Virus record (IMG/VR): IMGVR_UViG_3300037722_000252
Span: 1-58,942 of that record
Strand: one strand, 5' to 3'
From: a virus
Taxonomy: Duplodnaviria; Caudoviricetes
DNA length: 58,942 nt
Within the stretch, counting starts at the first letter, position 1; each line of letters opens with the position of its first letter. The notes below the pieces were generated by a model. It was given only the letters and a program-made list of their open reading frames with translations. It did no database searches and was not told where the DNA came from. The position numbers and the translations under genes were made by a program. Positions 1 through 9,210 of the stretch are shown here, piece by piece.

Positions 1-141
1 CACCCACTCATCGCCGGCCCCGTCGTCGTCCTCTACCGTGTAGGCCCCCGTTCCTCCGGCTGGGTCGTCGATCGAGCCAGTGACGACTGGTGTGCCGACC
101 GCCGACCACGCCGTCAGGTCGTCGGATGTGATGAGGTTCGT
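1..141. repeat. Terminal overlap, copy 1 (matches 58802-58942); indicates a circular contig
   Basis: 141 bp identical except 127 T vs 58928 C; one reading frame runs across the junction. Confidence 0.97.
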
Positions 142-762
142 GCGCGCGGCCTCGACAAGCGAAGTCGGCCTCTTGAACAGGCCGACTGTTGAATCGTAGA
201 GCCACTCTGTCCTCAGGATATCGGCCGCAGCCGACTGGAGCACTCCAGCCTCGTCCGTGTACGGCCCGACCGCACCCGTCCGCGTGAACACCTGGCCAGC
301 CATCGCCTGGCCCGCTCGCCAGTAGAACAGTGGCTCCTCGAGCAGCGCCCTCCACGAGCCGCCGTCGATGCGACGGAGGCGGACGTCGACCTGGCAGCGA
401 TTGTCGAACCAGAGATCCGGGTCCGTCTGGATCTCGCCCGCGCTCACCATCACGCACGGAAACGACAGACTCGGGTTGGCGAGCGACGGGAAGTATTCGA
501 GTGCGGCCTTGCGCCTACCGGCTGCGATGAAGCGTTCAAGCGAGTCTGGGTTGCCGTCGAATCGCAGCGTGCCTGACAGGTCGGAGACGCCCGACCCGAT
601 CGCGATTGCTCTGACACTCGTAAGGTCCGCCGACCAATGCTCGTGTACTTGCTGCACCGGGTTCGCGACCGGCCGACGGATCTTCGCGCCGAGATAGTGC
701 AGGTAGCTCTGCCCGTTCTCGGTCCACCGGAACGCGGCGTCCTGCTTGACGGGCGCGCTCAT
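1..762 (-). CDS. Tail-tip/spike-fibre structural protein, N-terminal part (continues at 58801-57914; about 549 aa total)
   Basis: Not in the ORF track. ATG at 762 overlaps the TMP stop (ATGA); open to position 1 (MSAPVKQDAAFRWTENG...FTRTGAVGPYTDEAGVLQSAAADILR...VEAARTNLI), a motif typical of phage spike/fibre proteins. Confidence 0.8.
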   Translation of the reverse strand, partial: MSAPVKQDAAFRWTENGQSYLHYLGAKIRRPVANPVQQVHEHWSADLTSVRAIAIGSGVSDLSGTLRFDGNPDSLERFIAAGRRKAALEYFPSLANPSLSFPCVMVSAGEIQTDPDLWFDNRCQVDVRLRRIDGGSWRALLEEPLFYWRAGQAMAGQVFTRTGAVGPYTDEAGVLQSAAADILRTEWLYDSTVGLFKRPTSLVEAARTNLITSDDLTAWSAVGTPVVTGSIDDPAGGTGAYTVEDDDGAGDEWV

Positions 763-2687
763 GCGGGCTGCGGCCGGAAGCCGCCCTCCTCAGCCGTGCG
801 GAACGCCTCGACGATCGCACGCACCCACTGCTGGTCGCGCGCGAAGCTCATCGGGTCACGGGCAGGCGGCACGTTGATCTGCGGCATCGCGCCGGGTGAC
901 ACCGACGCCGGCCCCCTCACCACCTCCGGCCCACGCTCACCGACGATGCCCCACTGTCCGGACGGGATGTAGCCACCCTCGGCTAACCCGCCTGCGAACG
1001 AGCCGAGAATACTGGAGATGCCTGCGATCTGACCGATGCCAGGAATCGCGAGCCCCGCGATGCTCGCCAAGGACCCAAACCGCCCGAGCGCTGAGCCGAT
1101 CTTGCCGAAGATGCCCAGCCCACCCGACGCGGCCTCGTTCGCCTCGTCCAACGCCTCGGTCGCGGCCTCGACGGCGCGCGTGTACGTCTCCCACGTGATG
1201 CGACCCGCCTGCAAATGCGCGTCGAGCACGGCTAGCGTATCGTGAAACACCTCGGTCGGCGTGCGCACCGCGAGCGTGATCTGTTCGGCCTGCCTCATCG
1301 CGTCCGTGAAACGGAGCACCGATTGACCCGCAGAATCGAACGTTTCGACGGTCAGACCGGCTAGGTGGTCGATGTCGCCGAACACGGCCGCTGCTCGCTC
1401 GCCGCCGACAGCGACGAGTTCGATGTTCGCCGCGAGCGCCGACGACGCCCCGTCGAGGTTGGTCATCTGAGGACTGAGCGCGGTCAAGCTGTCATTCAGC
1501 ACGCTAGCCGCTGGTGCCGCCCTTTCGTATCCGTCCGCAAGCTGCTTCAGGTTCTCGGGCAGCTTCTCGAACTGCTCGGGCGCGAAGTCCCGTAGTAGCG
1601 CGACGTTCAGCGCTGTCGTCGGCAGAGCCTCGTTCACTCGGTCCAATTCGTCGGCAACACCCTTGATCTTGCCGAGCGCGACGCCGAACGCCCCAGCGAG
1701 CGCAGCAAGACCAACGATGAGCCCCCCGCCTGTCGCAATCGCAGCGATGCCTCCGGCTGCCAGTACCGCGTTCAGCGCCGTCAGGCCAGCGATAACCGAG
1801 GCGAGCGAGGAGACGAGTACGCCAGCCGTGATGATGACGAGCGGGATAGCCGCCGCGATCCCGCCCAACGCGATACCCCACGCGATCGTAGAGCGGTCTA
1901 CCTCGGTCAACCCTTCCGCGAGCCTGGCCGTGATGTCGACCAGCTTCGTGACAGCCGGTAGCAGCAGGTCACCGACCGCCACACGCGCCCGGAACACCGA
2001 ATCCGTCAGGTTCTCAAACGCGTTCTTTGCGCCCGTATTGGCTCTCGGCAGACGCTCTAGCGCCGCGATCAACTTGTTCAGGAACTCCTCGGAAGAGAGC
2101 CCCAACTGATTGATCTGCTCAGGGTCGATGGTCCCAAACGCATCGCGTAGCGCAGTGGCGACGGCAGGCGCGGTCTGGATGATCGGCCGTAGGTCGTGCT
2201 GCAGCACCTTGCCGGCTGCGGCAATCTGGCTCAGCTGCACGATCACCCGATCGAGTTCGGCTCTACCCTTACCACTTAACCCAACCGCGTTGCCGAACTG
2301 CTCCAGCGCGCGGTTCGTGAGTTGGATGCGGTTGGGCATCTCTCCGAACGCGACGTTGAGCTGTAGCGCGCCCTGGATGGCTTCCCTGAAGCCAAGGCCG
2401 GGCAACTCCGCGACCCGCTCCAACACCTTGAGTTGGCCGGCCGCCGCTTCCGCCGATCCAGCCGACACCTCGAGCGCGCGCTTGAGCGCGTCCATGTCGA
2501 CCGCCGCCTTGATCGAAGCCACACCCAGCGCAGCGATCGGCGCCGTAACGGTGAGCGCCAACCGCCGGCCGACACGCTCCAGGTTCGCTCCGACGCGCTC
2601 CATCGCGCGGCTCGCATTCCGAAGCGTGCGGTCGAGTGGGCTCCAGTCACCGTCGAGGATGACTTCGGGACGAGCGAGCACCGTCAT
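759..2687 (-). CDS. Tape measure protein (642 aa)
   Basis: Ala/Gly-rich helical protein with a tape-measure domain, hydrophobic stretch and C-terminal GIVGERGPEVV; follows the chaperones. Confidence 0.93.
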   Translation of the reverse strand: MTVLARPEVILDGDWSPLDRTLRNASRAMERVGANLERVGRRLALTVTAPIAALGVASIKAAVDMDALKRALEVSAGSAEAAAGQLKVLERVAELPGLGFREAIQGALQLNVAFGEMPNRIQLTNRALEQFGNAVGLSGKGRAELDRVIVQLSQIAAAGKVLQHDLRPIIQTAPAVATALRDAFGTIDPEQINQLGLSSEEFLNKLIAALERLPRANTGAKNAFENLTDSVFRARVAVGDLLLPAVTKLVDITARLAEGLTEVDRSTIAWGIALGGIAAAIPLVIITAGVLVSSLASVIAGLTALNAVLAAGGIAAIATGGGLIVGLAALAGAFGVALGKIKGVADELDRVNEALPTTALNVALLRDFAPEQFEKLPENLKQLADGYERAAPAASVLNDSLTALSPQMTNLDGASSALAANIELVAVGGERAAAVFGDIDHLAGLTVETFDSAGQSVLRFTDAMRQAEQITLAVRTPTEVFHDTLAVLDAHLQAGRITWETYTRAVEAATEALDEANEAASGGLGIFGKIGSALGRFGSLASIAGLAIPGIGQIAGISSILGSFAGGLAEGGYIPSGQWGIVGERGPEVVRGPASVSPGAMPQINVPPARDPMSFARDQQWVRAIVEAFRTAEEGGFRPQPA

Positions 2688-3064
2688 GCGAGTGTCACAC
2701 CCTTATTCTCGATCGCCCACCCGACCAGGGCAGCACGAAGCGCGTCGGGCGTGTCAGCGCTGGTCGAGCCGAGGTCGGGGAAAAAGTCGATCGGCTTGAA
2801 GCGTCGCTTGACGCTTGGCGTCGTGTTCGCGATCACGCTCACGATCATCCCCGTACGGAAGTTGGCCGCACGCTGTAACTCGCCCTCGCGCGCCTTGAAC
2901 TCTCGCATCTGCAGCGCCGTATCGAGAGGCGACGAGTCCCAGAACTCGACGTCCGTGACACCCGCCGCCCTCGCCCTCGCCCAGACCTCGCGCACGGTCA
3001 GCGCTTCCGCTTCGCCGCGGGCCCCTTCTTCGTGCGCTTGGGGACCGCGGCTTGCCCGTTTCCC
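2684..3064 (-). CDS. Tail assembly chaperone, -1 frameshift extension (gpGT-like)
   Basis: -1 frame is open from the slippery site into VREVWARARAAGVTDVEFWDSSP. Confidence 0.85.
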   Translation of the reverse strand, partial: GKRASRGPQAHEEGARGEAEALTVREVWARARAAGVTDVEFWDSSPLDTALQMREFKAREGELQRAANFRTGMIVSVIANTTPSVKRRFKPIDFFPDLGSTSADTPDALRAALVGWAIENKGVTLA

Positions 3065-3360
3065 TCAGAGCCACTGAACCGCTGGGTGATGAGCCTCGCA
3101 GCCGCATCCGCGATCTCGGTCACGTTGCCCTTGTCGAGTAGGTCGCCGACACCATCGAGCGTGAGGCCCGGATCCTCGTGCAGCAGCCCGAGCCACACCA
3201 CGAACCGCACCGCCTTCATCTGCGAGCCGCTGCGGAACTGCTTGCTGATGTCGTCGAGGCTGAGACCGTGCTGCTCTTCGAGCGCTTCCAGCGAGCGCCA
3301 AGTGATGCGCAGCGTGCGCGGCTTGTCGAGCGTGAGCCGGATGCCCGTGCTTGGAGGCAT
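2998..3360 (-). CDS. Tail assembly chaperone (gpG-like)
   Basis: MPPSTGIRLTLDKPRTLRITWRSLEALEE; lies between tail tube and TMP. Confidence 0.85.
   Translation of the reverse strand: MPPSTGIRLTLDKPRTLRITWRSLEALEEQHGLSLDDISKQFRSGSQMKAVRFVVWLGLLHEDPGLTLDGVGDLLDKGNVTEIADAAARLITQRFSGSEGNGQAAVPKRTKKGPAAKRKR
3058..3064 (-). other. Programmed -1 frameshift slippery site G GGA AAC
   Basis: XXXYYYZ heptamer in the correct phase near the end of the chaperone gene, as in lambda G/T. Confidence 0.85.
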
Positions 3361-3788
3361 TATGCGACCGCCTCTGCCACCGCGCCGGAGATGCGCAGCG
3401 TGCACGTCGCCGAGGCGGCTTGGTCTTCGGCAGTCGGCAGTTCGTAGTCGAACGTCTGCACGTACGCGTCGAACGTGAGCGTGCCGACCAAGGTGTCGTC
3501 GGTCGCAGCATCCGGCAGCGTCACCACGCACTCGACCACGGCCCTCGACGCCTTGAGCGTGCGTAGGTTCGCTTGCCCGGCGTGGCCGGGGATGTGGCGA
3601 ATCTCGAGCGAGAGCTGGCCGGAATCGGCGAGCCCGGCGACGAACTCACGCACACCCGACGAGTCGGAATCGGTTGTTTCAGCCTCACCGACCGAGCCGC
3701 CGCCGATCGAGATGCTGATTATGCCCGGCACGGTGACCGAGTCGACCGTGACCGTTGTTCCGTGAGCGGAGTATTTCTGGCCTGCCAT
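3360..3788 (-). CDS. Major tail tube protein
   Basis: ETTDSDS...REFVAGLADSGQLS and C-terminal TLRISG, lambda gpV/TP901-type; strong RBS. Confidence 0.88.
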   Translation of the reverse strand: MAGQKYSAHGTTVTVDSVTVPGIISISIGGGSVGEAETTDSDSSGVREFVAGLADSGQLSLEIRHIPGHAGQANLRTLKASRAVVECVVTLPDAATDDTLVGTLTFDAYVQTFDYELPTAEDQAASATCTLRISGAVAEAVA

Positions 3789-3805
3789 TGCGCTCCTCCT
3801 CTAAG

Positions 3806-4240
3806 TCAGGCCACCGCTGCCGCGGTCGCCAGGTAGGACATGCTGAAGCGGGGCCTCGAGCGCTTGTCGAAAACCCGTGCGAACTCCGAGCTGCGTGCAC
3901 GGACCTGCATGTAGGTCCCGTTACCGAGCGTCACACCGGACAGTGAGTGCAACGCCTCGTAGATCGCGGCGGCCTTAGCGCGGGCACTGTCACGATCGAA
4001 TGGCAGCCCGCGAACAGTGACGAGCACCGATGGGAACGTGAGCGCCTCAGACCCCGCCCCCTCGGCCGCGTGCACCTCGGGTGCGGGGCCGACGTCTTCG
4101 GCGATCTGCACGATCTGGTCGACCTGACCGTCTGCGCCCTCGTCGTAGAGCGCGCCACGCGTCGAAGGCCAATCGGTCGTGCCGTCGACCAGCCCTTCGG
4201 CTTCGAGGTACGCCTGCACGTCCGCGGCCAGGTCCCTCAT
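3806..4240 (-). CDS. Tail terminator-like protein
   Basis: PSVLVTVRG...RPRFSMSY pattern; synteny. Confidence 0.75.
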   Translation of the reverse strand: MRDLAADVQAYLEAEGLVDGTTDWPSTRGALYDEGADGQVDQIVQIAEDVGPAPEVHAAEGAGSEALTFPSVLVTVRGLPFDRDSARAKAAAIYEALHSLSGVTLGNGTYMQVRARSSEFARVFDKRSRPRFSMSYLATAAAVA

Positions 4241-4650
4241 GCTGATCGCCGGGCGAGGGCCGCGACCGCATTGGCCTGCAGCGCCAGGCCGCGCATCGCG
4301 GCCGAGCCGTCCTCGCGCCAGCGGTCGACCGGCCGCACCAAGTAGCGGGCCTCACCGATCTCGTGGTGATAGTCGAGGTTTTCGTGCTGGACGAGCGCGT
4401 AATCGGTCGACGAGTCGCCGAAGCTGAGGAGCACAGTACCATCGGAGCGCGGACCGTCGACCTGACCGGACGCGCGAAGCGCCCCGAGGTCGACCGGCAC
4501 GCCGCGGCCGGGGCTCGACGCCTTCGCGTCGGTCATGATCTCCTCGCCAATCGCCCGGAGCGCGGCCGGCACGCTCGCGCCCATCATGCGGCCGAACGTC
4601 GTGAGCTTCTTGGCTGACATGGCGAAGCTGCGAGCGGTACGGCTCATCAT
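4237..4650 (-). CDS. HK97 gp10-like neck protein
   Basis: VPVDLGALRASG...YALVQHE...GEARYL. Confidence 0.8.
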   Translation of the reverse strand: MMSRTARSFAMSAKKLTTFGRMMGASVPAALRAIGEEIMTDAKASSPGRGVPVDLGALRASGQVDGPRSDGTVLLSFGDSSTDYALVQHENLDYHHEIGEARYLVRPVDRWREDGSAAMRGLALQANAVAALARRSA

Positions 4651-4985
4651 TCCTCCCTGCACCGCACGCGCACGTGGTCGACCGTCCCGTCGAGCCGCTG
4701 GCCTTCGAAGTGGTCCTCGACGATCGCGGTGCGCTCTTCGCCGAGCGTCTCGAACCAGATCCGGTCATGCCACAGCGGAAGCGGACTCTCGGCGCCGTCG
4801 ATCCATGCCGTGTACTGCGTCGCGACCTCTTCGCCGCCCGGCAACTTCACGACGTGGTCCTCGCGCACGACCCGGCCCATGACGGTGCCCTGGTCCTGAT
4901 AGTCCGGCTTGCCCTGGCCGTCGCGGCCGACCATGCGCCCGACCGTGATCGCGGTAACCGACGCGCGCCTGACCGCGACGCTCAC
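4647..4985 (-). CDS. Head closure/stopper protein
   Basis: Beta-rich, 112 aa, GTGA/ATGA coupling, synteny. Confidence 0.65.
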   Translation of the reverse strand: MSVAVRRASVTAITVGRMVGRDGQGKPDYQDQGTVMGRVVREDHVVKLPGGEEVATQYTAWIDGAESPLPLWHDRIWFETLGEERTAIVEDHFEGQRLDGTVDHVRVRCREE

Positions 4986-5380
4986 GCCGCACCACCCGTC
5001 GAGACGTAGCCGGCGCCGATGTATGCCTTGCCGGCTGTGCGATGCTTCTGGGCAACGAGCAAGTCCTGCACGATACCGCACGGGTCGAGACCGGCAGCGG
5101 CTCGCAGGTACGGCGTCACCTCGTCGTCGCCCGCGACCTGGAACGTGTCCTGTGTGTCGCCGACCTTCGCGCTCTTGAGCACCGGGTAGCGCATGCTCAG
5201 GTAATGGGCGGCCAGATACTTTTCGACCGCCTTGAGAACCGCCGCAGTGAGCGCCGTGCACGCGCCGACGAGATGGGTGTCGACCCACAGCGAGGCGTCG
5301 CCGATGAACGCCTCCATGATCGGATCGGTTGGGGCGTTGGAGATCACGAGCGCGAGCTCGTCCGCAGTCACGCGCGCCAC
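4982..5380 (-). CDS. Head-tail adaptor protein
   Basis: VEKYLAAHYL...TPY...LDPCG pattern; synteny. Confidence 0.75.
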   Translation of the reverse strand: MARVTADELALVISNAPTDPIMEAFIGDASLWVDTHLVGACTALTAAVLKAVEKYLAAHYLSMRYPVLKSAKVGDTQDTFQVAGDDEVTPYLRAAAGLDPCGIVQDLLVAQKHRTAGKAYIGAGYVSTGGAA

Positions 5381-5638
5381 CTAGTCCTCCCCGACGAGAC
5401 GACGAGCCTCGTCCGCGTGTGGCCCGTCCGGATAGCGGAGCAGGTAATCGGCCGGAGGGGTGGCGAGCGACCACCCCTCGACCGGCTCGCTCTCGATGTC
5501 CGCCTCGTGCGCCGTGACCGGCACGAGCTTGTAGGCCCGCCGGAGCAGGTCGTCTGCGGTCGGCCTGTAGATTTGGCCGTGCGCTACCCGCTCTCCGCTG
5601 CTGCTCGTGAAGCGGGCACCGCGGTTGCGGTAGTACAA
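5381..5638 (-). CDS. Hypothetical head-associated protein
   Basis: Coupled ORF between capsid and adaptor. Confidence 0.55.
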   Translation of the reverse strand: MYYRNRGARFTSSSGERVAHGQIYRPTADDLLRRAYKLVPVTAHEADIESEPVEGWSLATPPADYLLRYPDGPHADEARRLVGED

Positions 5639-5642
5639 GGGC

Positions 5643-6125
5643 TCACCCCTCGCTCTCCCGGGGGGCGTCCTTGACCGCTTCTTTGCGCGCGATGATCTCG
5701 CGGACCTGAGAGCCCGTGTAGCGGTCCTCGAAGCCGTACTCGACGCCCTCGAAGTCCTCGACCGTCAGGCCCGCGTCGAGCGCGGCCCTGAGCGTGGTCT
5801 CGGCCATCGGCAGTGTGCGAAGCCCGATGTCGGCACCGTTCGAGACCGCCGGCCGCTCGTCACGATGGACTCCGCGGTATTCGGTCTGGGTCAGCTCGCG
5901 GGCCTTGCCCCTGAGCGACCCGTTCTTGACCTGGTTCTCGGTCGGGTGGAAGCGCGCGCCGGGCCCGATCCGGATCCCACCGGGTAGGCCCTTGCAGCCC
6001 TCGACGACCTCGTACACGCGGTCCGACTGCTTCTCGCCCGACTTGTACTCAACCACGCCGAGCGCGCGGTTGGAGTCCATGTCCTTCGCGTGCTTGTCCT
6101 GTGCCTGCTCCAGCGTCATCGGCAT
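5643..6125 (-). CDS. Hypothetical head-region protein, possible C-terminal E3-binding-like domain
   Basis: Follows the MCP; ends ALDAGLTVEDFEG...YTGSQVREII. Confidence 0.55.
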   Translation of the reverse strand: MPMTLEQAQDKHAKDMDSNRALGVVEYKSGEKQSDRVYEVVEGCKGLPGGIRIGPGARFHPTENQVKNGSLRGKARELTQTEYRGVHRDERPAVSNGADIGLRTLPMAETTLRAALDAGLTVEDFEGVEYGFEDRYTGSQVREIIARKEAVKDAPRESEG

Positions 6126-6139
6126 CGGTTTCAGAGCCC

Positions 6140-7165
6140 TTAGCTCAGGTGAGAGATGCCGGCAGCCGTCGTCAGCGCCGGCAGGGTGCCAGCCGACAGC
6201 GGCGCACGGGCGTTGGCGGCACGGAGCGCGAACGTGAGAACGGCGAGCACTGCCCAGTTGTTCGCGAGCCCGCCCATCTCGTCCCACATGACCGTGGTGA
6301 GTTGCTGGCCGACCGCCTGCGTCACGACGCTCCTCGTCATCTGCACGAGCAGCACGTTCGAGTCCGCGAGCGCCGGCAGCACCTTGATCGACGTGATGCC
6401 GTCGATCGTGAGCAGGCGCTCACGCAGCGTGCGGTCCGACTCGGCCTTGTAGTCGTCGTCGATGACGCCGTCGAAGTTGGCCGGGATGTAGAGCGTGTAG
6501 GGGCCCGTGAACCCGTCGTTTCTCAGCGCCGAGCGCATCGCGAGCACGTCGGCCACCGCAGCGGCGAGCCCCGGAGGCGTCAGCGCGCTCCAGGCCGAGT
6601 CCGAGAACGACTGCTGGTCGCGGCTGCCGAAGTTCGTGTAGCCGGGCAGCGAGTTGCCGCCGAGCACGACCACCGAGCCGTTGCACAGCGTGTCCTCCAG
6701 CTTCTCGGCGACCGAGCGGGTGTGCTCTTCGAGGTTCGTCAGGTCGACCGGCTCGCCCATGCTCTGGCCGGCCGCACGGTGCCGCGCGTCGAGCCGGAAC
6801 TGGCTCGCCGTGACGGGCACCGGAATCGCGGTCCGGCTGAAGTTGACGAGGTCGCGGTCACCCAGGTCGAGGATCGACATGCCCTGCGTCGCCTCACCGA
6901 CCGGCGCGATACGGTCGAACTCGAACGTGGTGGCGCCGATACCCTTCGCGAGCGGCGTGGTGAGGCTTGCGAGATCGGCGACCGCGACCAGGTCGCGACG
7001 TGCGACCCGGACCAGCGCCTCCTCGATCTCGCGCGTCTCGTCCTCGCGCAGCGTGTTGTTCTCGACGAGCGCGCGGTACATCGCCTTGCGGTCGATGCGC
7101 CCGTTCCTGACGAACGCCGCGGGGATGTCCTGGCGCAGGTTCGAGCTCAGTGCGTGTGTCAGCAT
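6140..7165 (-). CDS. Major capsid protein (HK97 fold, encapsulin/linocin-like family)
   Basis: 341 aa; AEKLEDTLCNG, GYTNF, GPYTLY, DDYKAESDRTLRERL; follows the decoration gene. Confidence 0.9.
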   Translation of the reverse strand: MLTHALSSNLRQDIPAAFVRNGRIDRKAMYRALVENNTLREDETREIEEALVRVARRDLVAVADLASLTTPLAKGIGATTFEFDRIAPVGEATQGMSILDLGDRDLVNFSRTAIPVPVTASQFRLDARHRAAGQSMGEPVDLTNLEEHTRSVAEKLEDTLCNGSVVVLGGNSLPGYTNFGSRDQQSFSDSAWSALTPPGLAAAVADVLAMRSALRNDGFTGPYTLYIPANFDGVIDDDYKAESDRTLRERLLTIDGITSIKVLPALADSNVLLVQMTRSVVTQAVGQQLTTVMWDEMGGLANNWAVLAVLTFALRAANARAPLSAGTLPALTTAAGISHLS

Positions 7166-7177
7166 GGGTCAGGTCTC

Positions 7178-7600
7178 CTAGACGCCGATGGGGCAGATGA
7201 CGACCTCGACCCGGCCGACCGAGCCGGAGAGGTCGGAGGCCGCGACGGCCTGACCGATGCGGTAACCGCTTCCCCACAGGCGGACGGTTCCGTTGCCGGC
7301 GCTCTCGACCCACTCACCCCTGGCGATGGTGTCGGCAGTCACGAAGTTCACGACCGCGCCGAGCTCGGGGAAAAGGATCGTCCCCTGGTCGTTGGCCGCG
7401 ACGTTGTCGTCGATGTCGTTGCCCTGGTTCTCGTGTTGTTCCTTCAGGACCGCGACGATCGCAGCGCCACCGGCCGACTGGTGCAGCCGGTAGCCGGTCG
7501 CGGTCTGCTGCATCAGCGAGCCCGGCCGAGCGGCCGCGTTCGTGATCAGCTCGTTCTGCTCGCGAGCGGACCCGCGAAGCATGATCTCGTTGCGAGCCAT
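7178..7600 (-). CDS. Head decoration/cement protein
   Basis: 140 aa between protease and MCP; IARGEWVESAGNGTV. Confidence 0.7.
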   Translation of the reverse strand: MARNEIMLRGSAREQNELITNAAARPGSLMQQTATGYRLHQSAGGAAIVAVLKEQHENQGNDIDDNVAANDQGTILFPELGAVVNFVTADTIARGEWVESAGNGTVRLWGSGYRIGQAVAASDLSGSVGRVEVVICPIGV

Positions 7601-8838
7601 CAGTTGGCCTCCTTGCTCGTCGCGAAGATGTCCTCACGCACGAAGTCGAAGGTTCCGACCGGCTCGGTCACGCCGGCACGCGGGCCACCGAGACCTGAGT
7701 AGTTCGCGGCACGCGGGAACATCGCCTGGTGCACCTTGCGCAACTCGGCGATGCCCATCTTGCGGACCTCGGTCTCGTTCCACGGGCACGACTTGGCGTT
7801 GTAGATGACATCGTCGAGCAGCCGGACCTTCTCCTTCTCCTCCGACTCGAGCGCGTTGGCCGTCTTCGCCTGGAGGTCTTCGAGCTCGCGCCGGTACTTG
7901 TGCGCGAGCTGCAGGGCCTCTGAGTCGTTGGCCGGAGGCGCGGGCTCGCTGGCCGAGCACAGCGCCTTGAGCTGGCAGTCGCTCAGCTTGGCCAGCGCGT
8001 CCTTGTCGGTGCCCGCCCCTGCGAGTTGGGCGATCATCTGATCTCGGTTCATGCTGCTTCCCTCCTCGGGGGTATCACCGTCGGCGCCTGCCGGCGGGTC
8101 ATCGGGCGCAGGCGCGCCGTCATCGTTGGTGTCTTCGTTGCGCGCGATGCCAACCGCTTGGAGAGCCTTGTTGAAGGCTTCTCTGATGGCGGCCACCCAC
8201 TGCGCGTCCCGCTTGAAGTCGATCGGGTCTGCAGGCTTCGGAGCGTCGAGCGCCGACGAGCAGTCGCCCGCGTGATTGACCCCGAGCCCGCAGCCGTCCG
8301 TCACGCTGCACGCGCCGATCTCGTCGGGCAGGAGCGCGAGGTGGTCGGGCCGGATCTCGTGCAGCACGTAGTCGTAGGCTTCGGTGCCCCACTTGCCGGG
8401 CGCGTGCTCGATCTGCGTACCGAAGCCGGTCGAGACCTCGCCGACCTCGCCGTTCTGCACGCCGTTGACGACGGACAGCGCGTCGGCGACCTCTGCGGCG
8501 CGCTGAAGATCGATCCACACGTCGCCCTTCAGCGCGCCGTCCTCGAACCGCGCACCGAAGATGCGACCCGTGCCTCGACTGTTGAGCACTTCCGGGTCGC
8601 GGGCACTGACCGGCATGCCGCGCTTGGAGGGGTGGCGGATGACGACCGGCACACCGTTCCAGGCATCGACGGAAGCTTCGATCTCGGCGGCGGAGAGGAA
8701 CGTGCGGCCGAGGTTGTTGACGAGCACCTGCTCACGGACGAGCACAGCAGGGAACACGGCATGATCGCGGCCTTCGAGCTGCTTCGTCGTCGAAGGTCCC
8801 GCGATCTGGACTGCGATCTGGAGGAGCTTTTCGTCCAA
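7600..8838 (-). CDS. Prohead protease/scaffold (DUF2213-like)
   Basis: WNGVPVVIRHP, EVSTGF, PDHLALLPDEIGACSVTDGCG; helical C-terminus; likely TTG start at 8838 after GGAG. Confidence 0.85.
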   Translation of the reverse strand: MDEKLLQIAVQIAGPSTTKQLEGRDHAVFPAVLVREQVLVNNLGRTFLSAAEIEASVDAWNGVPVVIRHPSKRGMPVSARDPEVLNSRGTGRIFGARFEDGALKGDVWIDLQRAAEVADALSVVNGVQNGEVGEVSTGFGTQIEHAPGKWGTEAYDYVLHEIRPDHLALLPDEIGACSVTDGCGLGVNHAGDCSSALDAPKPADPIDFKRDAQWVAAIREAFNKALQAVGIARNEDTNDDGAPAPDDPPAGADGDTPEEGSSMNRDQMIAQLAGAGTDKDALAKLSDCQLKALCSASEPAPPANDSEALQLAHKYRRELEDLQAKTANALESEEKEKVRLLDDVIYNAKSCPWNETEVRKMGIAELRKVHQAMFPRAANYSGLGGPRAGVTEPVGTFDFVREDIFATSKEAN

Positions 8839-8859
8839 CGCCTGACTCCGTAGAACGCG

Positions 8860-8903
8860 AAAAAGCCCCGACACCTGTCCCGTGAGGGATTAGGTGCCGG
8901 GGC
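8860..8903 (-). terminator. Intrinsic terminator-like hairpin ahead of the capsid operon
   Basis: GCCCCGGCACCT...AGGTGTCGGGGC followed by TTTTT. Confidence 0.7.
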
Positions 8904-8974
8904 TCGGTGCGGCCCGCCTCGCTGGCGGGGGTCCGTGACTGCCGGGCTACGTCATGCTGTGGTGCTTCGCCGGA

Positions 8975-9004
8975 ACGGTACTACCTGTCGCGGTCGGGCG
9001 TCAA
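8975..9004 (-). promoter_or_regulatory. Candidate sigma70 promoter
   Basis: TTGACG-N18-TACCGT. Confidence 0.5.
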
Positions 9005-9210
9005 GTCCCGAGTGTGCCCACCAGCGACTCGTCCGACTCGTCGAGGTCCGCGGGCCTGAGTCCGCGAGACTCACGGTAGTCACGTACGCCACCGTCCTGG
9101 AGCTTGACGTCGATGTCGCAACTCGCGCGTTCGAGCATGAGCGTGGCGATCCTGCGCAGGTAGCGTTTCGACGCTTCCGGTAGCGCCCCGTAGTCGATCG
9201 GCCGGACCAC
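9001..9210 (-). CDS. Small YezD/DUF2292-like protein
   Basis: Helix followed by CDIDVKLQDGGVRDY beta-hairpin pattern. Confidence 0.5.
   Translation of the reverse strand: MVRPIDYGALPEASKRYLRRIATLMLERASCDIDVKLQDGGVRDYRESRGLRPADLDESDESLVGTLGT

Noticed and set aside
6140-7165. Bacterial encapsulin/bacteriocin
   Set aside because: Embedded in a complete head module, so it is the major capsid protein
6101-7702. Long plus-strand ORFs (also 12727-13791, 23846-25357, 38715-40226) and minus ORF 50019-51968
   Set aside because: Antisense shadows of real genes in high-GC DNA; Arg/Pro-rich with no motifs
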